Virus record (IMG/VR): IMGVR_UViG_3300028833_000099
Source: a virus
Lineage: Duplodnaviria > Heunggongvirae > Uroviricota > Caudoviricetes
DNA: 45,614 nucleotides
Strand: one strand, 5' to 3'
A program made the translations under genes and the position numbers. A model generated the notes under the pieces. That model had not been told where the DNA came from, searched no databases, and was given only the letters and a program-made list of their open reading frames with translations. Positions 9,476 to 17,840 of this stretch are shown piece after piece (position 1 is the stretch's first letter; every line of letters begins with the position of its first letter).

Positions 9476-9540
9476 ATCCAACTAAAAACCTAACAATTCA
9501 AATTATGGAAAACAAAGAGCGTTTCACAACGCAACGAGCA

Positions 9541-9617
9541 TAGCACCCCTCGTAGGACTCGAACCTACGACCCTCGGTTGTTGGCAACCGATGCTCTACC
9601 AACTGAGCTATCAGGGT
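9541..9617 (-). tRNA. Atypical or degenerate tRNA; anticodon unassignable
   Basis: D arm GCTC-AGTTGGTA-GAGC and T arm GTAGG-TTCGAGT-CCTAC are canonical. Anticodon arm TCGGT-TGCCAACA-ACCGA has an 8-nt loop, or a 7-bp stem with CCAA loop. Acceptor ACCCTGA/GAGGGGT has 2 mismatches; ends GCTA rather than NCCA. Confidence 0.75.
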
Positions 9618-9619
9618 AA

Positions 9620-10168
9620 AATGGGGATTGCCAACGGCAAGTCAAAATCAACATCAACTTGTCACTGCCCATGAATCCCCTTAAAAAACCTCACCTCTAA
9701 ACCATCCTCTCTACTTTGCTGATAGAAATGTGCGCACGTTATCACATTTGGAGGGGGTGGATAAACTTGGCAAGGTAATGACCGAAGATGCCCCAAAATG
9801 AACGCCCAAAATAGCGGCTCTAAATAGCGGCTTGGGGGCGAATAATGTGCCTATCGGAAGTGGCGATTATATGCAATACAGCAAACGCTCACTTGGCACT
9901 TAACGGCAGGGCTGATAGATAGTGGTCTGTCTAAGTTTTTTTTATTAGTCTTAATTAAATCAATGTTATAATATATTCCCTTAATAGGGTCGGTCTCTGC
10001 TACGCATATCTCACGTATTTATGTGGGTATCGAACCCCACGTTACCTTAAATTAAACTCGATTATATAACATAAAAAATAATTTAAGTGTGCAAGCCTTT
10101 TAAGGCGGAGGTCTTTCCATTATTCTCTCTCTTTTTAGTTGAGGGTATTGCAACCCTCGTTATTAATT
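9620..10168 (-). ncRNA. Candidate long structured ncRNA or tRNA-like precursor leader
   Basis: Own promoter at 10175, no ORF over 60 aa, multiple GC-rich helices. Confidence 0.35.
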
Positions 10169-10253
10169 CTGTTGCAAAGGTACGAAATCTTTTTGAATTG
10201 ACCAAATCTTTCGGCAAATTTTAACTTCGTTTAACCTTTGGAAAGTGCGCAAA

Positions 10254-10427
10254 TTAGCGCATCTTATAGACATTGTAGAGTTGCGTGTTCTCCACTACCA
10301 CCTCTCCATTCTTGTCCTTCAGTGGCTGACCATTCTCGTCAGTCTTTACGACTTCTTTCTTGCGACTTGGGATTGCCACCACTCGGTTGTTTCGGATTGC
10401 TTTTTCAAGCCGTTTCTGTCCACTCAT
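10254..10427 (-). CDS. Small hypothetical protein, 57 aa (MSGQKRLEK...)
   Basis: Manual translation; own promoter at 10480. Confidence 0.75.
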   Translation of the reverse strand: MSGQKRLEKAIRNNRVVAIPSRKKEVVKTDENGQPLKDKNGEVVVENTQLYNVYKMR

Positions 10428-10546
10428 AATTCTTTGTCTTTTTACTTAATTACCAATTGTTTATTTATCTTTCGTGATGCAAAGGTACGAAAAAAAATTG
10501 GATTGACCAAATTATTCCGTGATTTTTTTCAGATTTTAACGTTTAT

Positions 10547-10780
10547 TTACCAATTACCTTGCTGGTTTTCAATAAATTCAACCGTTTCAATCGTTTCCTT
10601 GATGTCCGCTTCCAACTTATCATCGTCAATGTCAGAGAAATCATCGTCTCTGTCAGAACGATAGTCATTAAGCGTTTTGCCATAGAGTTCGCATACAAAC
10701 TCTCCGTTCTCTGTAACGTCAAGTCCGCTTGTTGTCTCTCTGACTTGATAGCCTAACTCTGTCTCGTATGTACTACCCAT
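10547..10780 (-). CDS. Acidic hypothetical protein
   Basis: ORF track. Confidence 0.75.
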   Translation of the reverse strand: MGSTYETELGYQVRETTSGLDVTENGEFVCELYGKTLNDYRSDRDDDFSDIDDDKLEADIKETIETVEFIENQQGNW

Positions 10781-10792
10781 AATTACTTTTTT

Positions 10793-10912
10793 TTACTCTG
10801 CGGTCTCTTCCTTGTCGTTGTTCTTCTGTCCGAAGTAAGTAATCACCTTGGGAAGTGCAACAAGTGCTCCAACACAAATGACAAGGGCGATAATTTGTCC
10901 AACTGAAATCAT
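10793..10912 (-). CDS. Small single-pass membrane protein, 39 aa (MISVGQIIALV...)
   Basis: Manual translation. Confidence 0.65.
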   Translation of the reverse strand: MISVGQIIALVICVGALVALPKVITYFGQKNNDKEETAE

Positions 10913-10940
10913 AGTCTTAATTTTTTGAAGTTTCTTTTTT

Positions 10941-10974
10941 TAAGGTGGTGGGTTTTAGTTTCCCACACACCTTA
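10941..10974 (-). terminator. Intrinsic terminator or attenuator
   Basis: TAAGGTG.TGGG...CCCA.CACCTTA. Confidence 0.55.
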
Positions 10975-11001
10975 TTATATTATAGATACGTACAGCCTTA
11001 T

Positions 11002-11571
11002 TTATGCGTTAGCAACTGCTGGCTCTATAGCCATTTCTGCTGCTTCCAACTCTGCATCCTTGGACTGCTTGCCGATACCCATGCCCTCAACGAGAGCCTT
11101 TGCGTTCTTCAAGTCAATCTTGGGGTTGCTCTCCATGCGCTCCAATGCAGCCTTGAAATCCTTGGTCTTGGTGCTGAACTTGTCATAGAAACGGCAAAGT
11201 GCGTGTGCAGCATTGGGGTTGCGGAACAACTTGTCGTTCTTGTGATACTTGGCAGCAATCTTCAACCATGAGAAAATCTTCTCGGCTTTCTTCTCGTCAA
11301 TCTTGGTGTAGCCATCCTCAAACACCTCCTTGCGGTGTGCGTTCTTTCCTACTGCGAAGTAAACGAGATAGGTAATAGGGTAGTTTCCGTTAGCCACCGA
11401 CAACTCAACGAGTTTCTTGCAGATGTCAATGTGCTGCTGACGAAGTGCTTTGTGCTGCGGTAGGTTGAACCATACTGGCATTTTCACACCCTTACCACCA
11501 TTATTCTCTGCCACAAGGCGAACACGTGTGTCAAGTGAAAACTTTTCTTTCTTTGTCTCTGTTTTTGCCAT
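11002..11571 (-). CDS. Hypothetical protein, probably highly expressed
   Basis: 189-aa ORF with C/G-ending codon bias; own promoter. Confidence 0.85.
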   Translation of the reverse strand: MAKTETKKEKFSLDTRVRLVAENNGGKGVKMPVWFNLPQHKALRQQHIDICKKLVELSVANGNYPITYLVYFAVGKNAHRKEVFEDGYTKIDEKKAEKIFSWLKIAAKYHKNDKLFRNPNAAHALCRFYDKFSTKTKDFKAALERMESNPKIDLKNAKALVEGMGIGKQSKDAELEAAEMAIEPAVANA

Positions 11572-11692
11572 AGTTTTAATATCCTATTTTTTAATGTTAA
11601 ACTTATTGTTATTTCTTTTGTGATGCAAAGGTACGAAAAAATTTTGAATCTACCAAATAATTTCTTATAAAAATCAGGCTCTTTAACCCTTT

Positions 11693-12148
11693 TTAACAAA
11701 TGAGTTCTGATATTGTTGTGAAATCACGCATATAATAAATGTTATCTGCATTGTCTCCATCTTCAAAATATGAACTTTGCAGCCATTCTGAAAGGGTTAT
11801 TCCAATAAGGTGCTTGTTCTCAAAACGCACCCATACTTCATAGGTTTTTTCCTCAATGGTGAAATATGCAACGTAGCAGCCATTACCCTCTCTATCGAAA
11901 TAACGACTATTGATTTTGATGTCAAACACCCTCAGTGTTTCTAAAGGTGTGTCACCCTCTCCCAATGTTATTTTGTTTTTTATACCAATGGTGGCATAAA
12001 CCCCACAAGGAGCAATATCTTCTCTCTTATCGGTATCATGGTAGAGAATGTCCTCAACCACTTTTTTTACCATAGTATTACCATAGAAAGGGTTTTTGCT
12101 CCCATTTCTTGCTTCGGTCATTTCAACTCTTAACTTTGCTTCTACCAT
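11693..12148 (-). CDS. Hypothetical protein
   Basis: Start reassigned to MVEAKL after AGGAG leader. Confidence 0.8.
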   Translation of the reverse strand: MVEAKLRVEMTEARNGSKNPFYGNTMVKKVVEDILYHDTDKREDIAPCGVYATIGIKNKITLGEGDTPLETLRVFDIKINSRYFDREGNGCYVAYFTIEEKTYEVWVRFENKHLIGITLSEWLQSSYFEDGDNADNIYYMRDFTTISELIC

Positions 12149-12246
12149 ATCTTTATCTCCTATTGTTTTATTGTGGTGCAAATGTACGAAATTATTTTGA
12201 ATTAACCAAATATTTTTTGGAAAATCTCTGGGGCTTTAACCTTTTT

Positions 12247-12729
12247 TTAGAATTCGTGGAAATTTTCTTTCGTTTTGCTCATTTTCCACACACCATCTTC
12301 AAAAAGGTAATTATATTGCCCATATATAGTTTCATATACCTTATTAAATGAGCCTTGAATTGGTTTGATGTTGCGCCATTTGTCTGTGTTTCTGTTAGCA
12401 TAATGAGCAACATGACCGCTTGCAATTCCGCTACAGAAGCCGCCAACTAACAAGTTAAGGGCAGTCTCATAGTCGTTAAAATGCTCTTTAAGGGTCTCTC
12501 CTACACTATCAGGATAACCATCCCAATGGCAATAAATACCAATGTACTCACCTTTGAGCGTTACCATCCTACAAAGGTCTTTACCTCGTTTGTCGAACCA
12601 TACTTTCCCATTTTCATCTGTCTCTATCCACTCTTTAAGCGGAATTGGCAGTTTGGTAGGGTCGAATTTTATTTTGCGTCCTACGTCCTCTTTGCGGACT
12701 TTAAGGATAATTCTTGATGGTGTACTCAT
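12247..12729 (-). CDS. Conserved phage protein, MST.S...YCHWDGYP family
   Basis: Motif IYCHWDGYP; own promoter. Confidence 0.8.
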   Translation of the reverse strand: MSTPSRIILKVRKEDVGRKIKFDPTKLPIPLKEWIETDENGKVWFDKRGKDLCRMVTLKGEYIGIYCHWDGYPDSVGETLKEHFNDYETALNLLVGGFCSGIASGHVAHYANRNTDKWRNIKPIQGSFNKVYETIYGQYNYLFEDGVWKMSKTKENFHEF

Positions 12730-12837
12730 AATTTACTATTTTATTTGTTGTTTGTTGATGCAAAGGTACGAAATTATTTTGAATTGACAAAATATTACTT
12801 GAAAAAAATCTGGTTTGTTAACAATTATTAACAAAAA

Positions 12838-12864
12838 ATGGACTGGGATTGTTTCCCAGTCCAT
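12838..12864 (-). terminator. Intrinsic terminator
   Basis: Perfect 11-bp stem ATGGACTGGGA/TCCCAGTCCAT with U-tract. Confidence 0.8.
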
Positions 12865-12905
12865 CAGAACAACTAACATAAAACAATAAAAAACTATGAA
12901 AAAAC

Positions 12906-13076
12906 TTAGTCTCTCCTAAGTATCTTTGATTCGTTTTCTTTTCCGAGAGTAAACTGACGAATATCAGCGTCCTCTGCTTGGTCTCTCGCCTTATCAAGTG
13001 CTTCTCCCTCGTCGTTTGCTTCAACTTCAATAACAATTGAAGCATTATAGTTTAGTTCTATTACGTATTTCTGCAT
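12906..13076 (-). CDS. Small acidic protein, 56 aa, possibly DpnD/PcfM-like
   Basis: Manual translation MQKYVIEL...IEVEANDEGEALDKA; family call weak. Confidence 0.6.
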   Translation of the reverse strand: MQKYVIELNYNASIVIEVEANDEGEALDKARDQAEDADIRQFTLGKENESKILRRD

Positions 13077-13093
13077 ATTCTTTTTAATTTATA

Positions 13094-13414
13094 TTATTCT
13101 TTAGGTTTAACTTCCACACCATCTTTATATAGTGTGTTAAATGCCATAAGCACATGAATCACTGTGATTTCCTCTTTGTCACTAATCTCACCAACATACT
13201 CTATTACTGCATCAGATAACTCTTTGCTATCCTTAACCGCTTTTAACTGCGGATAAATCATATCAAAGCGGTGTCCTCTGTAACTCTCGCAAACCGCATG
13301 ACCATCGTAGATGTCAAAAGGAATGGCTTTCTTAAAACCCTCTATATTAAGATTTTCAGAGCAGACCTTTTTCCCATAGAATTTTTCCCAAATTTTACTT
13401 TCGTTGTTATTCAT
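13094..13414 (-). CDS. Hypothetical protein
   Basis: ORF with promoter. Confidence 0.75.
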   Translation of the reverse strand: MNNNESKIWEKFYGKKVCSENLNIEGFKKAIPFDIYDGHAVCESYRGHRFDMIYPQLKAVKDSKELSDAVIEYVGEISDKEEITVIHVLMAFNTLYKDGVEVKPKE

Positions 13415-13462
13415 TTTTCTAATTATTTATTGTTTAACTTTAGCAAAGATATAAAAAAAAAG

Positions 13463-13489
13463 TGAGACTGACAAATTATGTCAGCCTCA
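13463..13489 (-). terminator. Intrinsic terminator overlapping the -33 element
   Basis: Minus-strand TGAGGCTGACA...TGTCAGTCTCA with U-tract. Confidence 0.7.
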
Positions 13490-13531
13490 ACTTCTGTTAA
13501 AAAAGATTAAAAAAGGAAGGATTTCGGACTT

Positions 13532-13924
13532 TCATTTTATTTTTCTAATAGGTATTATTCCCTCATTATCAAACTTGATTATATAATCCCAATGAGCACC
13601 AATAGGGTCTTTGGAAAGCCTAATATAATGTATCTCTTGCCTATCCGTTCCGTCATTATCCAAAACAAATTCATAAGCCTTATATATGGTCTCAGAACTT
13701 GTTTCAAATTCCATTTCTAACCTATATTGCTCCATACCGCAGCCACTTTCGTAAGTGTCCACATACAGACTATCTTTTACAAAGGTGAAAAGCAATGTGG
13801 AATCATTTGTTATAAACTTCGTTGGTGTGAGTGTCTGCCCATCAGTGCAAGCAGACAACCCCACTGCTATTAGCATAAAAGAAAGAATTAGTAATTTCTT
13901 CATTTTGCGTTTAATTCTACCCAT
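13532..13924 (-). CDS. Lipoprotein
   Basis: MKKLLILSFMLIAVGLSA-C lipobox; start at 13924 or 13903. Confidence 0.75.
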   Translation of the reverse strand: MGRIKRKMKKLLILSFMLIAVGLSACTDGQTLTPTKFITNDSTLLFTFVKDSLYVDTYESGCGMEQYRLEMEFETSSETIYKAYEFVLDNDGTDRQEIHYIRLSKDPIGAHWDYIIKFDNEGIIPIRKIK

Positions 13925-13997
13925 CTTCTTAATCTCTTTTTGTTTTACAATGCAAAGGTACGAAATTATTTTGAATTAACCAAATTAATTTGGGGAA

Positions 13998-14037
13998 AAA
14001 TGTGGTGGGGAAATGTTAAAATCCCCAATCCACATTT
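13998..14037 (-). terminator. Intrinsic terminator
   Basis: AAATGTGG.TGGGG...CCCCA.CCACATTT. Confidence 0.65.
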
Positions 14038-14837
14038 GTTTCGCTATCAAGGTCAATCACAAAGGGAGTATTAGGTTTGACAAAATGACCGCTTTTGTAG
14101 TCGTTTGCAGTCTTATGATAGTGCAACCCCATAATTGACTTCTTAGGGTCAAGGTAACGCATATCGTAAGAATTAGCGTCAACCACATTCCAACCCCTAA
14201 ACTGCTTTGGCAGCGTTTCATTCTCGCTATAGAACACAACGGCAACCTTGCCACCATGGCGCAAAAACTTCTCGCACTCTTCCCAGTTATATCCGTCATA
14301 ACTGAAAGTGAGGTCATAGTTAGGGTATTGTTCCAACAACTTCACTCTGTTATAAACCTTTGTGTAGTCATAGAATTGAACATCTGGGAACATTTCCAAT
14401 ATGTTCTTACCACTTTTAAGGTCTCTGAAAGCGAGAGGGGAGAGGTCGCTTGTACCATTAAGGCGAACACTAAACCCATATCCAAGACGCTTTGCCCTTG
14501 CTCGTTTGCTCTCAATCTCATGCACAAGTATCTCCATGAAACGCTCTCTGTCCTCATAGAACAACTTAGTTTTCTTGATACGTGAACGATTTATCTTAGA
14601 GCCTTCAACACCTCTTGCAAGTTCATCACACTTGTTCTGTCCGCTTCCGTTCAAACAGAACTCATGGCAGTGCTGACCTTTGGGACAAGTGTTGTGTCCG
14701 CTCATATTCCAAGGAGCAAGGTACAAGCAATATGTCATTGTTCCATTCTCATAAGAGAGACGCATTTTCATGCTTTGTGCCACATTACCAAGATATGTAA
14801 CACCGATTTCTTGTAAGGCTTTTCCATAACCAATCAT
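14016..14837 (-). CDS. GP88-like protein (radical-SAM-like phage family)
   Basis: CPKGQHCHEFC, RLNGTSD, QFYDYTK, Y.LTFS motifs. Confidence 0.75.
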   Translation of the reverse strand: MIGYGKALQEIGVTYLGNVAQSMKMRLSYENGTMTYCLYLAPWNMSGHNTCPKGQHCHEFCLNGSGQNKCDELARGVEGSKINRSRIKKTKLFYEDRERFMEILVHEIESKRARAKRLGYGFSVRLNGTSDLSPLAFRDLKSGKNILEMFPDVQFYDYTKVYNRVKLLEQYPNYDLTFSYDGYNWEECEKFLRHGGKVAVVFYSENETLPKQFRGWNVVDANSYDMRYLDPKKSIMGLHYHKTANDYKSGHFVKPNTPFVIDLDSETNVDWGF

Positions 14838-14977
14838 TTCTTTATTCTCCTTTTTTATTGTTAGACAATTTGTTTATCTCTTTCGTGATGCAAAGGTACG
14901 AAATTATTTTGAATTAGCCAAACAAAAATCAAATTATTTTCAATTTATAATAATTTTTTTCTGAATTATTTACAAAA

Positions 14978-15058
14978 AAAAGAGGTGTGCCTATGGAAAG
15001 ACAACACCAGTTCAACGAAGGGAATCGAACCCTTACATACACTTTTGTACCTCTTTTT
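14978..15058 (-). ncRNA. Terminator-like structure enclosing a perfect tRNA T-arm
   Basis: AGAGGT/ACCTCT closing stem with U-tract; internal AAGGG-TTCGATT-CCCTT. Confidence 0.35.
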
Positions 15059-15081
15059 ATATATGCACAACTTCTTGATGG

Positions 15082-15306
15082 CTATTTTAGGCGTTTCACC
15101 ATCTTATGGTACTTTGAACAGCCATCACCCATTAAAGTGCCATTAAAAAATGCAATTAGTTTCTTTCTATTTGCTTTCTTTCTGCCAAGATTTCTTAACT
15201 TTGCGTTGTACTCGCTTCTTTCCTCATCAGTCGCATATTTACTTAACGGCTGAACCTTAATACCCTTTCTTACTTGATTTTTCATATTCTTGTCTGTATT
15301 ATTCAT
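15082..15306 (-). CDS. Small basic hypothetical protein
   Basis: ORF track. Confidence 0.65.
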   Translation of the reverse strand: MNNTDKNMKNQVRKGIKVQPLSKYATDEERSEYNAKLRNLGRKKANRKKLIAFFNGTLMGDGCSKYHKMVKRLK

Positions 15307-15309
15307 AAC

Positions 15310-15678
15310 TTATTCTCCGATATATTTTACGCTTGCAGTCTGACACCCACAATCTTTTCTGCTGCACAGAATGTTATATCCACTAAGCAACGTTTCGTCA
15401 TAGGTATTAAGTATCATATCATCGTCAATTCTCTCACCACAATTAGGACAAGTTATAACAAAGTCCTCATAATTGTTTAATGGAAGATAGGCGATACCAA
15501 GTCCAATAAGGCATTTTAAGCCATTTTGAGACACTTTCCCATCATAGATAGCCAAACACCCCTCTACCCCATCAAAACTCTGTGTAAGGGTTAATAAATC
15601 AACATCTATTGCGTCATTGATAATAATGCCCATTTCCTCAGAGAAAACGTATATTCTAATCAGATATTCTTTATTCAT
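15310..15678 (-). CDS. Hypothetical protein with C-terminal zinc ribbon
   Basis: CPNC...CSRKDC; own promoter. Confidence 0.7.
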   Translation of the reverse strand: MNKEYLIRIYVFSEEMGIIINDAIDVDLLTLTQSFDGVEGCLAIYDGKVSQNGLKCLIGLGIAYLPLNNYEDFVITCPNCGERIDDDMILNTYDETLLSGYNILCSRKDCGCQTASVKYIGE

Positions 15679-15732
15679 AATTTTTTTCTTTGATGCAAAT
15701 ATACGAAATTATTTTGAGATAACAAAATAAAA

Positions 15733-15755
15733 CCCCAACTTTTTTTGAGTTGGGG
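15733..15755 (-). terminator. Intrinsic terminator
   Basis: CCCCAACT-N7-AGTTGGGG. Confidence 0.75.
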
Positions 15756-15770
15756 CCTATTTTTTAACAT

Positions 15771-16871
15771 TTAGACCGCAATTTTCATGCAAAGGTCATA
15801 CGCACCTTGTATCTTGTTGTAGATATTTCCGTCAAGGATAGAGTCAAACTTGATTTCTGTGCTGCGCTCTGTCGCTTCATTCTGAAAGTAACTTGTCAGT
15901 CCATTCATCAGCCACATGGCAGTACCCTTTTCTTGACCCTCTTGACCAATGCCACTTTCAAGGCACTCACGCACACCAAGGAACAAATTGCGTCCTCGTG
16001 TCTTGATGTCCTCATGGTTGATGTTTCTTGTCTCCATGAAAACCTTTGCAGCGTCCTTTGAGAGAACCGTCTGTGCGATAATGTTCTCCAAGTCTCTCTC
16101 TGCTAACTTGATGTTGCGAAGATGGTCGAAGCACTCTTTCATTCCATCAGTGTATACCTTTGCCACGTTGAGAGCCTTATAAGCGAACTCTGCATTCTCT
16201 TGATTAAGCAAATCAAGTCTATCCATGACCTTAGAAGAATGACGGAAAGCAATGCGTCCGATGTTGTCTTTCATCGCCCAATTAAGGGTATTGTTGCAAA
16301 CTACACGCACTGGAGTAACCATACAACGAACTGAACCAGTGCCGTCATGTGATGTAGTGAAAACCACATACATATCCACCAAATCGTCACGCTGCGCATC
16401 AAGAACAATCTGCTGTGGGAACTTTGCAGTAACAAATACTCGCTCTCCACGTCCTAACACTCCGCAAGTCTCAATTACTGGAGTGTTGTCTCTGTCGGCA
16501 AACTTGCCACTACAGAACATATCCACGAACTTGAAAGCGTCCTCGTTCTGAACAATACCATACTTGTCGGACACAATGCCAAGTGACTTGTTGGTATCTG
16601 TGCGCACGGTTGCCCTTGTGTTGTCGATGATAAGGGAGAGCAACTTGTCTGCTTCAATGCTCTCACCATTCTCCATTGCATGAACAATCTCGTCAGACAA
16701 AGCAACCACTGGCTGCAACTTCACATTATAGTCAGCATGACACAACTTCAAAGCGTCTGCCACAAACATAGGCTCGTCAACCACTTGTCCAAGTCCATGC
16801 CAAGCACGCTCACGCTTCCCATTCTCAGCGAAACTTGCAACTCCGTTTACCATTTCAATCTTTGCACTCAT
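15771..16871 (-). CDS. DUF932 / TIGR03299 phage-plasmid protein
   Basis: AWHGLG N-terminus; Y.IVQN..AF.F, ETCG.L..G.RVF, TSHDG, TPVRVVCNNTL motifs. Confidence 0.88.
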   Translation of the reverse strand: MSAKIEMVNGVASFAENGKRERAWHGLGQVVDEPMFVADALKLCHADYNVKLQPVVALSDEIVHAMENGESIEADKLLSLIIDNTRATVRTDTNKSLGIVSDKYGIVQNEDAFKFVDMFCSGKFADRDNTPVIETCGVLGRGERVFVTAKFPQQIVLDAQRDDLVDMYVVFTTSHDGTGSVRCMVTPVRVVCNNTLNWAMKDNIGRIAFRHSSKVMDRLDLLNQENAEFAYKALNVAKVYTDGMKECFDHLRNIKLAERDLENIIAQTVLSKDAAKVFMETRNINHEDIKTRGRNLFLGVRECLESGIGQEGQEKGTAMWLMNGLTSYFQNEATERSTEIKFDSILDGNIYNKIQGAYDLCMKIAV

Positions 16872-17008
16872 AGTCTAAATCTCCTTTTAAATTAATAATG
16901 TTGTTTATCTCTTTCGTGTTGCAAAGGTACGAAATTATTTTCAATCTACCAAACAAAAAATAAATTATTTTCAATTTATAATAGTTTTTTTCTCATTTCT
17001 TGACAAAA

Positions 17009-17407
17009 TTACCTTTTTTTCTTTGGCTTTTTAATGACTTCTACCCTAATTTTCTCTTTCTTGAAATTCTTTTGAGACTTATGCTGCAATATATCTATGT
17101 AATGATTAAACCTCTTATTCATGGTGTCTCGCACTTCATAATACCCATGTCCTTCTATATGAATCACACTACCCAAAGGGATGTACCGAAGCAAATCTCT
17201 GCTCACGGCACAATATTTAATCTTTCCCCTTTTGAGTTTATTTATGTCAATCTTTGTACCATCAGCAGTAATCAATGGACTATCGTCACATTGACTTGCA
17301 ACTGCATTGTAAGTGGTTAATGTTACGTGAGTGATAAATGGTTTATCTTTGGCAAAGGTGACAGATGCCACCAATGCCATTATAAAGATGATAAATAACT
17401 TTCTCAT
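17009..17407 (-). CDS. Exported 3D-domain (RlpA/MltA-like barrel) protein, possible cell-wall enzyme
   Basis: Signal peptide; TYNAV..QCD...TADG, AVSRDL, P.GS.I.I.G.G.Y.V.DT, IDI. Confidence 0.8.
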   Translation of the reverse strand: MRKLFIIFIMALVASVTFAKDKPFITHVTLTTYNAVASQCDDSPLITADGTKIDINKLKRGKIKYCAVSRDLLRYIPLGSVIHIEGHGYYEVRDTMNKRFNHYIDILQHKSQKNFKKEKIRVEVIKKPKKKR

Positions 17408-17408
17408 A

Positions 17409-17840
17409 TTAATATGGATAATCAATTTCTTTAAAATAATCTATAATCTTTTTAGAGGTCTGCGCTGCATATTGATTGCGAGGGTCAAAACGTCCACTTT
17501 CACAGCATTTAGCCAATTCCTCGATATATGCCAAACATACCTTAAACATTTCATTCTGTAGGTATCTGTGCTCACGGCACATCATTTCTGCTACGTGCTT
17601 CGTGCTATGCAACTTGCCATTAACAAAATTGCCAAAGAAACGTGCAAACACATCGTCACTATTCTCGCCACATTTTGGGCAAAGGTCATACTCAAAACGT
17701 TCCAATACCTTTTCCATGAGAAAATCTCTATCCTCAGAACAAGCCTTGGTATCATCTTTAATGAGACGAAGAATCTGCTCGTTACTCAACTGATAACTCT
17801 CATACTCACGTCCGTCAATTGTAAATTTCTTACTTGCCAT
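17409..17840 (-). CDS. Hypothetical protein
   Basis: ORF with promoter. Confidence 0.8.
   Translation of the reverse strand: MASKKFTIDGREYESYQLSNEQILRLIKDDTKACSEDRDFLMEKVLERFEYDLCPKCGENSDDVFARFFGNFVNGKLHSTKHVAEMMCREHRYLQNEMFKVCLAYIEELAKCCESGRFDPRNQYAAQTSKKIIDYFKEIDYPY

Noticed and set aside
9620-9682. tmRNA or second tRNA starting GGGGATT
   Set aside because: Pairs locally with AATCCCC; no T-arm, CCA end or tag frame found.
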